This document shows positions 1 through 9,257 of a DNA stretch of 64,000 nucleotides, in pieces. The notes beneath the pieces were generated by a model. The model was not told the DNA's origin and did no database searches. It saw only the letters and a list, made by a program, of their open reading frames with translations. The stretch's first letter is position 1; every line of letters begins with the position of its first letter. The position numbers and the translations under genes are program-made. The DNA is from an uncultured Actinomycetes bacterium (GTDB lineage Bacteria > Actinomycetota > Actinomycetes > Streptosporangiales > Streptosporangiaceae): positions 166,791 through 230,790 of the forward strand of contig CAVQZG010000009.1 of NCBI GenBank assembly GCA_963718305.1. The letters are read 5' to 3'.

Positions 1-2881
1 ACCCGGGCGGGCTTCCGGGTCCTGCCCCGCAGCACCGTCACGACGGCGGCCTGGCGGGGACGGCGAGGTTCGCGGCAGCATCCAGGCCGAGCGCGAGCTC
101 CAGCTGGCGCCCCGAGCCATCGCGGTGCTGTCCTCCGCCTACCTGCATTCGCCAGACGCCAGGTCCCTCTGGAAGACGCTGTCGTCGGCCGACGCCGCCG
201 ACACGCACCGTCAGCTGATCCCGGTCCGGGTCAGCGAGGTCAGGATCACCGAGCCGTTCAACGAGCATCCCGTCGTGGACCTGGCGCGGATGGACGCGGC
301 CGGGGCGACCGCGAAGCTGCTCTGGGCGCTGGACCGGCCCGCGCAGCCGCCGGGGAGATCGGGTCAGCAAGCCGAGGAGCCGAGATTCCCGGGCACGATC
401 CCGCCGATCTGGAACGTGCCGGCCAGGAACGCCGACTTTACCGGCCGTGGCGCGACCCTGGAGCTCTTGCGCGACAAGCTGGCCGGCGGTGGCCGGGCGG
501 TGGTGGTCGCGCAGGCGCTCTATGGGCTGGGCGGGGTCGGCAAGACCCAGCTGGCCCTCGAATACGCGCATCGCTTCATGGCCGACTATGACCTGGTCTG
601 GTGGGTCCCATCGGAACGGGCCGAGGAGACCAGCGGGGCGCTCGCGGAGCTGGCCCGGAAGATGGGCCTGAAGGTCGGTGACAACGTGGCCGAGGCTGCG
701 GAGGCGGCCCTGGAGGAGCTGCGCCGCGACACCACGCCGCACTGGCTGATCATCTTCGACAACGCCGACGACCCCAAGCAGCTCGAGCCGTACCTGCCCA
801 CGGGGTCGGGGCACGTCCTCATCACCTCGCGTAACCAGGCCTGGTCGCACTCGGCCGAGCCTCTCGAGGTGGACGTCTTCACCAGGGACGAGAGCGTCGG
901 ACACCTGCTGCGGCACGTGCCCGATCTGGATATGGCCGACGCGAAGAGGGTCGCTGACGCCCTGGGTCACCTGCCCCTGGCGGTCGAGCAGGCCAGTGCG
1001 TGGCTGGAGCAGACCGGGATGCCGGCCCGGGTGTACGTCGAGCAGTTGGCCACCCAGTCCACCCGGATCCTGGCGCTGAACCAGCCGCCGGACTACCCGA
1101 TGCCGGTCGTCGCGACCTGGAACCTGTCTTTCGACCGGCTGAAGCAGCGCTCACCCGCCGCGGTGCGGCTGCTCCAGTTGTGCGCGTTCTTCTCACCCGG
1201 GCCGATCTCCATGGACCTGCTCTACAGCGACGAGATGAACGAGTCCTTGCTGCCCGTTCGACGAGACGCTGAGCGAGAAGCTGATGCTGGGCCGGGTCAT
1301 CCGGGACATCAGCAGGTTCGCCCTGGTGAAGGTGGATCAGGGCAGTAACTCGCTGCAGATCCACCGCCTCGTGCAGGCGGTGATCCGGTCGCAGATGAGC
1401 GATGAGGAGCGGGTGGAGGCCCGGCATGAGGTGCACAAGATCCTGGTCGGTGCGCGGCCCCGGCAGGGTGAGACCGACGACCCGGCCAACTGGTCCACCT
1501 ACAACATCATCTGGCCGCACCTGGGACCGTCCTATCGCGGAAGAGTGCGATGATCCGCGCACCCGCCAGCTGCTGATCGACTGGGTGCGATACCAGTGGA
1601 AGCACGGCGAGTTCGAGTCCGGCCTGGCCCTGGCCAGCCGGCTGGAGACCCTGTGGCGCCACCAGCTCGGGTCCGATGATCCGCAGACCCTGTACCTGCA
1701 ATTCCACATCGCCAACGTGCTCCGCTCGCAAGGGCCGGTTCAGCGACGCCCGGGATCTGGACACCTATGTCCTGGAGCGCCAGCGCGAGGTTCTCGGCCC
1801 CGACCACCCGCACACCCTCATCACCGCCAATGGGCTGGGCGCCGACCTGCGCGCGCTGGGTGACTTCCAGGAGGCGCTCACCCTGGACCAGGCCACCTAC
1901 GAGAGCTTCAAGGAGCAGTTCGGTGAGGACTACCAGCGGACCCTCGCCGCGGCGCACAACCTGGGTAGCTCCCTGCGGCTCGTGGGAGACTGCTTCACCG
2001 CGCGCCGGCTGGACGAGGAAACGCTAGACCGCCAGCGGCAGGTACTGGGCCGTGAGCATCCCAACACCCTGCTCTCCGTGGCCAGCCTGGCCCTGGACCT
2101 CCGGGCCGCGGGTGCCTTCCGGGAGTCGGTGAACCTGCTGCGCGACACGTGGGAGCGCTACCGTGAGGTCCTCGGCGAGGATATGACCGAGACCCTGCTC
2201 ACGGCGGCCAGCCTGGCCGTGTCGCTGCGCAGGGCGGGGGAACAATCCGAGGCGATGACGCTCGCGCAGGATACCTACGAGCGGTACAAGCGCCGCTATG
2301 GCTCTGATTCGCCTGATGCCCAGTCATGCGCGCTGAACCTGGCCTGTGACTACGCGGCCGTTGATGACATGCCGCGGGCGCTGGACCTGGTCACGGGGGT
2401 AAAGGTCGCGCACCACGCCAGCCTGGGTGACGATCACCCGAACACCCTCGTGGCGGCGAACAATCTGGCTTGCTACCTGCGCTGCGTGGGCCGGGTGCCA
2501 GAGGCGCTGGCGCTGGCCGGCGACACGCTGACCCGGATGCGCCGAACGCTCGGCGAACGTCACCCATTGACCTTGTCCTGTGCGGTCAACCTGGCCAACT
2601 GCCACGGCGACTCGGAGGATGCCGAGTCGGCCGAGGCTCTGGAGCGCCCGACCATCGCGCTGCTGCGGGAAACACTCGGCAGCAGTCACCCGGACACCCT
2701 GGTCTGCGAGGCTAACCTCGCGATATCGCTGCGCCAGGCCGGGCGGGTGCAAGATGCGGAGGAACTCAGGGCCCGTGTCGTGACCGACTTCGGCCGGGTC
2801 CTGGGTGCGAGCCACCCCGACTCCACCCAGTTGCACAAGTGGCAGCGCATCAATCGCGACCTGGAGCCGCAGCAGATCTGA
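1..2881 (+). pseudogene. STAND NTPase: TIR-like N-terminus (cut by window edge) + NB-ARC + TPR array (FxsT-like); frame broken three times
   Basis: Frame 2 is open from base 2 (..AIAVLSSAYLHSPDARSLW.., TIR-like) through the NB-ARC P-loop GLGGVGKTQLALEYAHRF and LIIFDNADD. Coding signal continues as FDETLSEKLMLGRVIRDISRFALV in frame 0 from 1257. It continues as IAEECDDPRTRQLLIDWVRYQW in frame 1 from 1534. The TPR array (repeated HPxTL..NL..LR..G units) runs in frame 2 from 1736 to the stop at 2879-2881. Confidence 0.75.
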
Positions 2882-2919
2882 CCGCCCGCTGCGTCCTCCA
2901 GTGGGCCCGGTCCGGTCCG

Positions 2920-3852
2920 CTAACCTCCGGCCCGGAACCCGTGATCACGGGATCTGCTGGCATCCGGCCGGTCGGCGGACAGCCACCGGAGGATGTCCGG
3001 CAGCACGTCCAGCGCGCCGAAGTGGGCCGCCCCGGCCTGCACGACCACAGCGGCGCTGGGGATCCGGTCCGCCAGCCACCGGGCGTGACTCGCGGGGGAG
3101 AACACGTCGCTCGCGCCGTGCCACAGCAGCACGGGCACCCGGACCGTGGCCGGGTCGAATCCCCACGGTGAGCAGAAAGCGAGCGCGTCGTCGATCCAGC
3201 CGTAGTCAGAACTCCGCAGGGCCTCCGCATAGGTCTCGATCAGCATGGACCGGATGCCATGATCGGCCACGACCCGCCGGTCCGGGTCGGGGAGCTCGGT
3301 CTGGAGCCTGGCGATCAGGCTGGCCGGGTTGGCCCGGACCTCCTCGGCGACGGCCTTGGTGTGGGCAACGATGTTCTCGTAGCCGTTGGCCGCCGCGGTG
3401 AACTCCATGACGTTGGAGTGGGCCATGCCGTCGAACCAGTCCAGCCCGTCCGCGCCGTGCGGGGCGATGCCCACCAGGACGGCCGCCCTGGTCGTGCGCT
3501 CGGGCAGCAGGGCGGCGCACGCCAGAGCGTGGGGCCCGCCCCCTGACCGGCCGACGACCGCGAACTTCTTCAGCCCGTAGGCGTCCGCGATGGCCAGCAC
3601 GTCCTCGGCCACGTCCGCGACCTGCCGCCCAGCCAGCCGTTCGGATCCCCCGTAACCCGGCCGGTCAAAGGAGATCAGCCGGACGCCCAGCCGGTGCAGG
3701 ACGGCGGAGCGGGGATGCGGGCCTAAACGGCTCCCCGGGGTCCCGTGCAGGAGAAATACGGGTCTGCCGTCGGGATCCCCGCTTGACTGGGTGGAAAGTC
3801 GTCTGCCGTCGGCCGTTCGCACCGTGTACTTCAAGATTGTCCCTTGCCGCAT
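2920..3852 (-). CDS. alpha/beta hydrolase (proline iminopeptidase-like)
   Basis: 310-aa ORF with HGTPGS oxyanion motif and GRSGG nucleophile elbow. Convergent with the TPR gene. Confidence 0.85.
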   Translation of the reverse strand: MRQGTILKYTVRTADGRRLSTQSSGDPDGRPVFLLHGTPGSRLGPHPRSAVLHRLGVRLISFDRPGYGGSERLAGRQVADVAEDVLAIADAYGLKKFAVVGRSGGGPHALACAALLPERTTRAAVLVGIAPHGADGLDWFDGMAHSNVMEFTAAANGYENIVAHTKAVAEEVRANPASLIARLQTELPDPDRRVVADHGIRSMLIETYAEALRSSDYGWIDDALAFCSPWGFDPATVRVPVLLWHGASDVFSPASHARWLADRIPSAAVVVQAGAAHFGALDVLPDILRWLSADRPDASRSRDHGFRAGG

Positions 3853-3929
3853 CCGCGCCGCTGCCCTCGATCCGCGGCGGCATCGCTTCCAGCATGCCGC
3901 CGCCGGGCCGGCAACGGAAGGGAGGCAGG

Positions 3930-4559
3930 CTAGCGGGCCAGCACGGCCCGGACCGCGGCGTTGGTCGCTCCCCGGCTCAGATCATCGGAAAACGGGCCAC
4001 CCGGGTAGGGGACCACCCACACGTGCAGCATCTGCTCCGTGTACCGGTCCGTCCAGGTCGAGGGGTCGCAGGTGCCCCGGAGCTGGACCCCGAATCCGGC
4101 GATGGTGGGCCGTCCGCCGTCGCACACCGTGAGGTGCGCGTGCCAGCGCGTCAGCGAGCCGCCGACCTGGGGGCCGTTGGCATTCCCGCTCTCGATGTAC
4201 ATGGCCCCGAGCAGGATCGGCGCGTGACCCGGCACGTTGATGGCGTACACCAGCGAGGACGGATGCTGCGGGTGCAGACCCGCGTAGGCGGGATCAGGCC
4301 CGTCGTAGAGCAGGTGTTCCTCGCCGTTGGTGCGCAGCACGTAGGTGTAACCCGCGGCGAACGCGGCCTGGACGTTCCGGTACCGGGCCAGGCTCGTGCC
4401 GGTCGCCTTGATCAGCTGCCCGGCCGCGATGACCTGGGCTGCGGTCGGCGGGGCGGTGGAGCCGTACATCTTCATGTCCGGGAGCCCGCCGGTCGACCCC
4501 ATATCGCCCATGCCGGCCAGAGCCGTTGACGACGACGCCGCAGACGAGCCCGACGCCAT
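3930..4559 (-). CDS. hypothetical protein, no family recognised
   Basis: 209-aa ORF. An internal ATG at 4475-4473 overlaps the TGA (4474-4472) of the upstream membrane ORF as ATGA, so the real start may be 4475. Confidence 0.55.
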   Translation of the reverse strand: MASGSSAASSSTALAGMGDMGSTGGLPDMKMYGSTAPPTAAQVIAAGQLIKATGTSLARYRNVQAAFAAGYTYVLRTNGEEHLLYDGPDPAYAGLHPQHPSSLVYAINVPGHAPILLGAMYIESGNANGPQVGGSLTRWHAHLTVCDGGRPTIAGFGVQLRGTCDPSTWTDRYTEQMLHVWVVPYPGGPFSDDLSRGATNAAVRAVLAR

Positions 4560-5107
4560 CCCGGCCGGCCCTTCGGGCCGGCCCAGCCGGGTGTCATCAC
4601 CGCCGCGGTCACCGCCACGACCAGGGCCGGGACGGCCAGCAACGCGGCCAGGCTGGTGACCGGGCCCCGGCGGCGCACCGGACGGTCAGCCAGCGACGGC
4701 CACCAGAGCAGGGCGGCGCAGCCAGCGATGAGGGCCAGTTCCAGGATCCCGCTCACCACGTCCAGGCCGCCTACGGGCTCGGGGTGGCTGACATCCGGGC
4801 CGAACGGCAGGCCCGCCGTGCGGGACGCTACGTACACCACCAGCACGAGGGCGTTTCCCGCGAGGCCCAGGACCAGCCAGCGCCGTGACATCCGCCACAC
4901 CACGGCGGCGGCCCAGATCAGCTGGGCCCAGGACACGATGAGGAAGAACACGCCGTACAGCACGTATTCGCTGAAGTGCTCGAAGATCACGGCGAAATGG
5001 ATCGCCGCGGCGCCCGCCGACAGCGCCGCTAAGCTGCTGGCCAGATAAGGCCGGGCGGTGGCCAGCACGGACCGGTCTGTCCGGTCCTCAAGGACAGGTG
5101 TGCTCAT
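4472..5107 (-). CDS. integral membrane protein, unknown function
   Basis: ATG 5107 (MSTPVLEDR..; alternative ATG 5116) followed by about five hydrophobic helices (AAIHFAVIFEHF, VLYGVFFLIVSWAQLIWAAAVVW, WLVLGLAGNALVLVVYV, VVSGILELALIAGCAALLWW, LAALLAVPALVVAVTAAV). The part of the 509-aa track ORF upstream of 5116 is antisense to the BI-1 gene and not credible. Confidence 0.6.
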   Translation of the reverse strand: MSTPVLEDRTDRSVLATARPYLASSLAALSAGAAAIHFAVIFEHFSEYVLYGVFFLIVSWAQLIWAAAVVWRMSRRWLVLGLAGNALVLVVYVASRTAGLPFGPDVSHPEPVGGLDVVSGILELALIAGCAALLWWPSLADRPVRRRGPVTSLAALLAVPALVVAVTAAVMTPGWAGPKGRPGWRRARLRRRRQRLWPAWAIWGRPAGSRT

Positions 5108-5293
5108 AGCACGCATGTTAGGCACGCCGGGCCCCGGCCGGCATCGGGCCAGGAGTTGATCCGGGCCTATCGCCCAGGTCGCATGAATCGCCGCGGCGTA
5201 CGGCGTCAGGCGTAGGCCCGCGGGCGGGCCGGAGGTGGCCGCGCTGGTCATCATGGAGCAGACATCCGGGCCGCACGCTGTCAAAGTAGAGGC

Positions 5294-5950
5294 ATGAGCG
5301 ACTCGCTGAGCGCCGGCCGCCTCGGAGTGATGGACCGGGACCGCAGTCACGCCCTGTTCGCGCAGACCATGGGCTACGTAGCGGTCACCGCCGGCGTCTT
5401 CGCGCTCGGGTCCTACCTGGGCCGGACCTTGTCCGAGGGCTGGGCCATCGTCTGGTTCATCGTCGCCTTCGCGTGCCTGATCAGCATGAACTTCGCGGTG
5501 CGGCGCTCCGGCCCGCTGAGCGTGGGCCTCTTGCTGGCCTTCGGCCTGGCCCTGGGGCTGGCCATGGCGCCGGCGCTGGTCTACTACGCGAGCACGAACC
5601 CTCAGGCGCTCTGGCAGGCGGGCGGGGCCACCGCCTTGTTCATCGCCGGCTTCGGGGCCGTCGGCTACGCGACCCGGCGCGACCTGTCCGCCCTGGCCCG
5701 GGTGAGCTTCTGGGCCCTCGTGGCGCTGATCGTGTTCGGCATCGTGCTGATCTTCGTGCGCATCCCGCACGGCTCGCTGATCTACTCGGTGCTCGGCCTG
5801 GTGGTCTTCGCGGGACTGACCGTGGTCGACTTCCAGCGCCTCCGCCGCTCCACCGACCTCGCCTCCGCGCCCCTGCTGGCCGCGTCGATCTTCCTGGACG
5901 CGCTGAACGTGTTCCTGTTCTTCCTGCGGATCTTCTCCCGGAACAACTGA
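5294..5950 (+). CDS. Bax inhibitor-1/YccA family membrane protein
   Basis: 218 aa with about seven hydrophobic segments. The N-terminal ..LFAQTMGYVAVTAGVFALG.. and C-terminal ..ASIFLDALNVFLFFLRIF.. are typical of the family. Confidence 0.85.
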   Translation: MSDSLSAGRLGVMDRDRSHALFAQTMGYVAVTAGVFALGSYLGRTLSEGWAIVWFIVAFACLISMNFAVRRSGPLSVGLLLAFGLALGLAMAPALVYYASTNPQALWQAGGATALFIAGFGAVGYATRRDLSALARVSFWALVALIVFGIVLIFVRIPHGSLIYSVLGLVVFAGLTVVDFQRLRRSTDLASAPLLAASIFLDALNVFLFFLRIFSRNN

Positions 5951-6103
5951 CCGCAGGCCGTTGATCGCAGACCCGGGCAGGCCATTACGGGCAGCCCGCA
6001 TAGGTTAAATTTTCGTCACGGCATTGATGGTTGATTTACCAGAATTTAGTATCTGCTGAGGAGCGGCTGACAATGGCCGCCCGAAGCGAGAGGTGACCCC
6101 ACC

Positions 6104-6961
6104 ATGCGCCGAACTCGTCCCCGTCTGCTGGCCCGCGTCTTAATGGTGAGCGGGCCAGCACTCGGCCTGCTGCTGGCCATGAGCCCCGCCGCAGGCGCGA
6201 GCACGACCCCCAAGTCAGCGGCGGCCCAGGCCGCCCTGGTGGCCCGCCAGGCCCTCGAGCACCTGTCGGTCGGCCAGCATGCCGCCGACCACCGGGTATC
6301 ACGGCCCTCGCTCCGGGTCAAGGGATTGTCCCAGGTACAAAGCACAAACTGGTCCGGCTACGCAGACACCGGCAGCGGCTTCAGCACGGTCACCGGCAGC
6401 TGGACGGAGCCCGGTGTCAGCTGCACCTCCACCACCTCCCTCGCGGCCTTCTGGGTCGGCCTCGACGGGTACAGCAGCAGCTCGGTGGAGCAAGACGGCA
6501 CGCTCATCGAGTGCTACCGCGGTGCCGCCTATTACTACACGTGGTGGGAGATGTATCCGACCAACGCCATTCAGGTCGTGGGCTCGACGCTTCACGCAGG
6601 CGACAGCATCACGGCCTCCGTGGTGCGCAGCGGTACAAGTTATACGCTGAAGGTGACCGATTCAAGTCGCCCGGCGGACAGTTTTTCCACCACTCAGACG
6701 TGTTCAAGCTGCGCCAATTCCAGTGCTGAGTGGATAGCGGAGGCGCCCAGCGGCAGTAGTGGCGTCTACCCGCTGTCGGATTTCGGCAGCTGGACCGAGT
6801 CGGGTGCCACTGTGAAGGCCGGTTCCACCTCCGGCGTCATCTCGTCCTTCACCGATGACGAACTCACCATGATCAATTCGTCCGGCGCGACCAAAGCCCT
6901 GCCGGGCGCGCTTAACAGCAACGGCAATGGGTTCGGCGTGACCTGGGAGCGCAGTTCATAG
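6104..6961 (+). CDS. secreted G1-family glutamic endopeptidase (eqolisin / peptidase A4-like)
   Basis: Signal peptide MRRTRPRLLARVLMVSGPALGLLLAMSPAAGA. Family motifs NWSGY and FWVGLDG, catalytic-Gln context SVEQDG and catalytic-Glu context YTWWEMYP. Confidence 0.8.
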   Translation: MRRTRPRLLARVLMVSGPALGLLLAMSPAAGASTTPKSAAAQAALVARQALEHLSVGQHAADHRVSRPSLRVKGLSQVQSTNWSGYADTGSGFSTVTGSWTEPGVSCTSTTSLAAFWVGLDGYSSSSVEQDGTLIECYRGAAYYYTWWEMYPTNAIQVVGSTLHAGDSITASVVRSGTSYTLKVTDSSRPADSFSTTQTCSSCANSSAEWIAEAPSGSSGVYPLSDFGSWTESGATVKAGSTSGVISSFTDDELTMINSSGATKALPGALNSNGNGFGVTWERSS

Positions 6962-6982
6962 CCCAGGTCACAGGCCCGTAGG

Positions 6983-7012
6983 CCCCGTGGCCCGGTGAGC
7001 CGGGCCACGGGG
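6983..7012 (+). terminator. intrinsic-terminator-like hairpin after the G1 peptidase gene
   Basis: Perfect 13-bp stem ccccgtggcccgg (6983-6995) / ccgggccacgggg (7000-7012) with loop tgag, 22 nt after the stop. No clear T tract, which is common in high-GC actinomycetes. Confidence 0.55.
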
Positions 7013-7163
7013 CACGCGGGGGCTAATTAGGCCTAAATGCCATGCCAGAGGTCTCGCTTCGGTTACAGTGCTGAACTTGTCGGGCTTTCCGGCTGAGTTT
7101 CGCTGGTCACCGTGAACCCGTGGCCACCGCAGCGGAGAGCACCCTGCAATCTGGGAGCCCCTT

Positions 7164-7637
7164 GTGGGCAGGTATCCCGTAATTCGTCGTCTTCTGATCA
7201 CTGTTCTGGCGACAGCATCCCTCGCGGCGATCCCCATCGCCACCACTTCCCAAGCCGCCTCCGCCGGGTCCAGGACCCCGCGGGAGGCGGCTTACATATG
7301 GGCCTACCACCACGCGGCGGGCCACTGGTACTGCTGGGGCGGCACCGGCCCGAGCTGCTACGACTGCTCCGGGGTGGTGATGGCCGCGTACGCCCGGGAG
7401 GGCATCCACTTCGGCCGGTCGACCACCGCCATGCTCGGCTCGGGTCGGCTGATCCGGGAGACGGCGCGCCAGGCGCGCCGCGGTGACCTGGCCTTTTACG
7501 GCACCGGACATGTGGAGTTCTTCGTCCGGCGTGGCCACACGTTCGGTGCGCTGGAGACCGGGACCCGGATCGGCTGGCATCAAACGAACGCCTGGTGGCA
7601 TCCCACGATGTTCTTCCGGGTCCGGGGCGCGGGCTGA
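7164..7637 (+). CDS. secreted NlpC/P60 (C40) cell-wall peptidase
   Basis: GTG start and signal peptide ..ATASLAAIPIATTSQAASA. Catalytic Cys context YCWGGTGPSCYDCSGVVMAAY and His context GTGHVEFF. Confidence 0.9.
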   Translation: MGRYPVIRRLLITVLATASLAAIPIATTSQAASAGSRTPREAAYIWAYHHAAGHWYCWGGTGPSCYDCSGVVMAAYAREGIHFGRSTTAMLGSGRLIRETARQARRGDLAFYGTGHVEFFVRRGHTFGALETGTRIGWHQTNAWWHPTMFFRVRGAG

Positions 7638-7799
7638 TGCCGGCGGCCTGATCCGGGCCGGCTGACCTGCGGCGGCCGTTCCGTCCCGTAAAGCCGGGCA
7701 AACCACCACCAATCTGTCTCAACCCGTCTGGGGCTGCGATTAGCGCGTCCCGGCTCCGGGAACGCTGCTGTTCGGGACCACCCGGGGGGCGCGAGAGGC

Positions 7800-9251
7800 G
7801 TGGCGGTGAGCGCACGGCAGGGACGGACGGCGCCGCGGTGGCGGCAGGCCGAGCTGACCCTGGACGAGCGGATCGCCCGGGGACGGGACGCGCGGGGCCA
7901 GGCCCCCCGGTCGGGCCACGCCCGCTGGGAGCCTGCGCCCGGCCGCCCGGACCCGGTCACGCTGCTGCAGGGCCAGGCGGCGACCCGGGTGCCTGAGCTG
8001 GTCCCGATCCGGTACGGCCGGATGCTCGTGTCGCCGGGCACCTTCTACCGGGGCGGGGCGGCCATCATGGCGTCCGACCTGGCCCTGACGCCCCGCAGTG
8101 GGGTCACCGTGCAACTCTGCGGGGACGCCCACCTGTCGAACTTCGGCGTGTTCGCCTCCCCGGAACGGCAGCTGATCTTCGATATCAACGACTTCGACGA
8201 GACGCTGCCCGGTCCGTGGGAGTGGGACGTCAAGCGGCTGGCGGCCAGCTTCGAGATCGCCGGCCGCGACCTGGGGTTCTCCGCGGACGACCGGCGCGAC
8301 GTCGTGCTGGCCGGGGTGCGCGAGTACCGGGAGCAGTTGCGCGAGGCGTCCCGGATGCGGACCCTCGACGCGTGGCACGCCCACCTGGACGAGGAGGCCA
8401 TCCAGGAAGGCATTACCCAGGCGGTCCGCCGTAAGCAGCTGGGCAGGAAGGAAGCCCGCGAGGCCCGGCAGGACATCGCGAAGGCGCGAACCCGCGACAG
8501 CGTGCGGGTGCTGGCCCGGCGGGCCGGGAAGGTGGAAGGAGAGCTCCGGATCGTCCGTGACCCACCGCTGATCACGCCGATCGAGGACCTGCTGCTCTCC
8601 GCCGAGGCCCGCGAGCAGGCGGAGCAGTCGGTCCTCTGGCTGATCGCCCGCTACCGGCGGACGCTCGCCCATGACCATCACCCGATCGAGGAATTCCGGT
8701 ACGTGCACATGGCCCGCAAGGTGGTCGGCGTGGGTAGCGTCGGCACGCGGTGCTGGATTCTCCTGATGGTGGGCCGGGACCACACCGACCCGCTGTTCCT
8801 GCAGGCGAAAGAGGCCCAGCCGTCGGTGCTCGAGCCGTTCGCGGGCCGCAGCCGGCTGCGCCAGCACGGCGAGCGGGTGGTGGTGGGCCAGCGGCTGATG
8901 CAGGCGGCGAGTGACATCTTCCTGGGCTGGCTCCGGGTCATCGACCTCGACGGTCAGGTCCGTGACTATTACATTCGGCAGTTCCACGACTGGAAGGGCT
9001 CCGCTGAGGTGGAGACCCTGCGGGTGCCGGGGGCGACGCTCTACGCCCGGATGTGCGGAGCGACGCTGGCCCGCGCGCACGCGCGCTGGGGCGACCGGAT
9101 CGCGATCGGCGCCTACCTCGGCCGCGGTGAGGTGTTCGACCGGGCGATCGCCGACTTCTCCGCGATCTACGCGGACCAGAACGAGCGGGATTACGAGGCG
9201 CTGGCCCAGGCGGTGAAGTCGGGCCGCGTCCCGGCCGAGACAGGCCTGTAA
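7800..9251 (+). CDS. DUF2252 domain-containing protein
   Basis: 483-aa ORF. The stretch ..RVPELVPIRYGRMLVSPGTFYRGGAAIMASDL..CGDAHLSNFG..DINDFDET.. matches the DUF2252 family pattern. Confidence 0.85.
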   Translation: MAVSARQGRTAPRWRQAELTLDERIARGRDARGQAPRSGHARWEPAPGRPDPVTLLQGQAATRVPELVPIRYGRMLVSPGTFYRGGAAIMASDLALTPRSGVTVQLCGDAHLSNFGVFASPERQLIFDINDFDETLPGPWEWDVKRLAASFEIAGRDLGFSADDRRDVVLAGVREYREQLREASRMRTLDAWHAHLDEEAIQEGITQAVRRKQLGRKEAREARQDIAKARTRDSVRVLARRAGKVEGELRIVRDPPLITPIEDLLLSAEAREQAEQSVLWLIARYRRTLAHDHHPIEEFRYVHMARKVVGVGSVGTRCWILLMVGRDHTDPLFLQAKEAQPSVLEPFAGRSRLRQHGERVVVGQRLMQAASDIFLGWLRVIDLDGQVRDYYIRQFHDWKGSAEVETLRVPGATLYARMCGATLARAHARWGDRIAIGAYLGRGEVFDRAIADFSAIYADQNERDYEALAQAVKSGRVPAETGL

Positions 9252-9257
9252 GCCGAG

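Noticed and set aside
38-970. 310-aa minus-strand ORF opposite the NB-ARC region
   Set aside because: It is antisense to the clear NB-ARC P-loop-containing frame and has low-complexity Arg/Gly/Pro/Val composition.
7013-7163. Possible c-di-AMP (ydaO/yuaA, RF00379) riboswitch in the leader of the NlpC/P60 gene, a common actinobacterial arrangement
   Set aside because: I could not find the conserved blocks (e.g. the ACGGGGGACCCA-type and CCGAAUCCGUCAGCUAACCUCGUAAGC-type segments). Only short chance matches such as gtgaaccc and aatctgggagcccc are present. A cmsearch could still overturn this.
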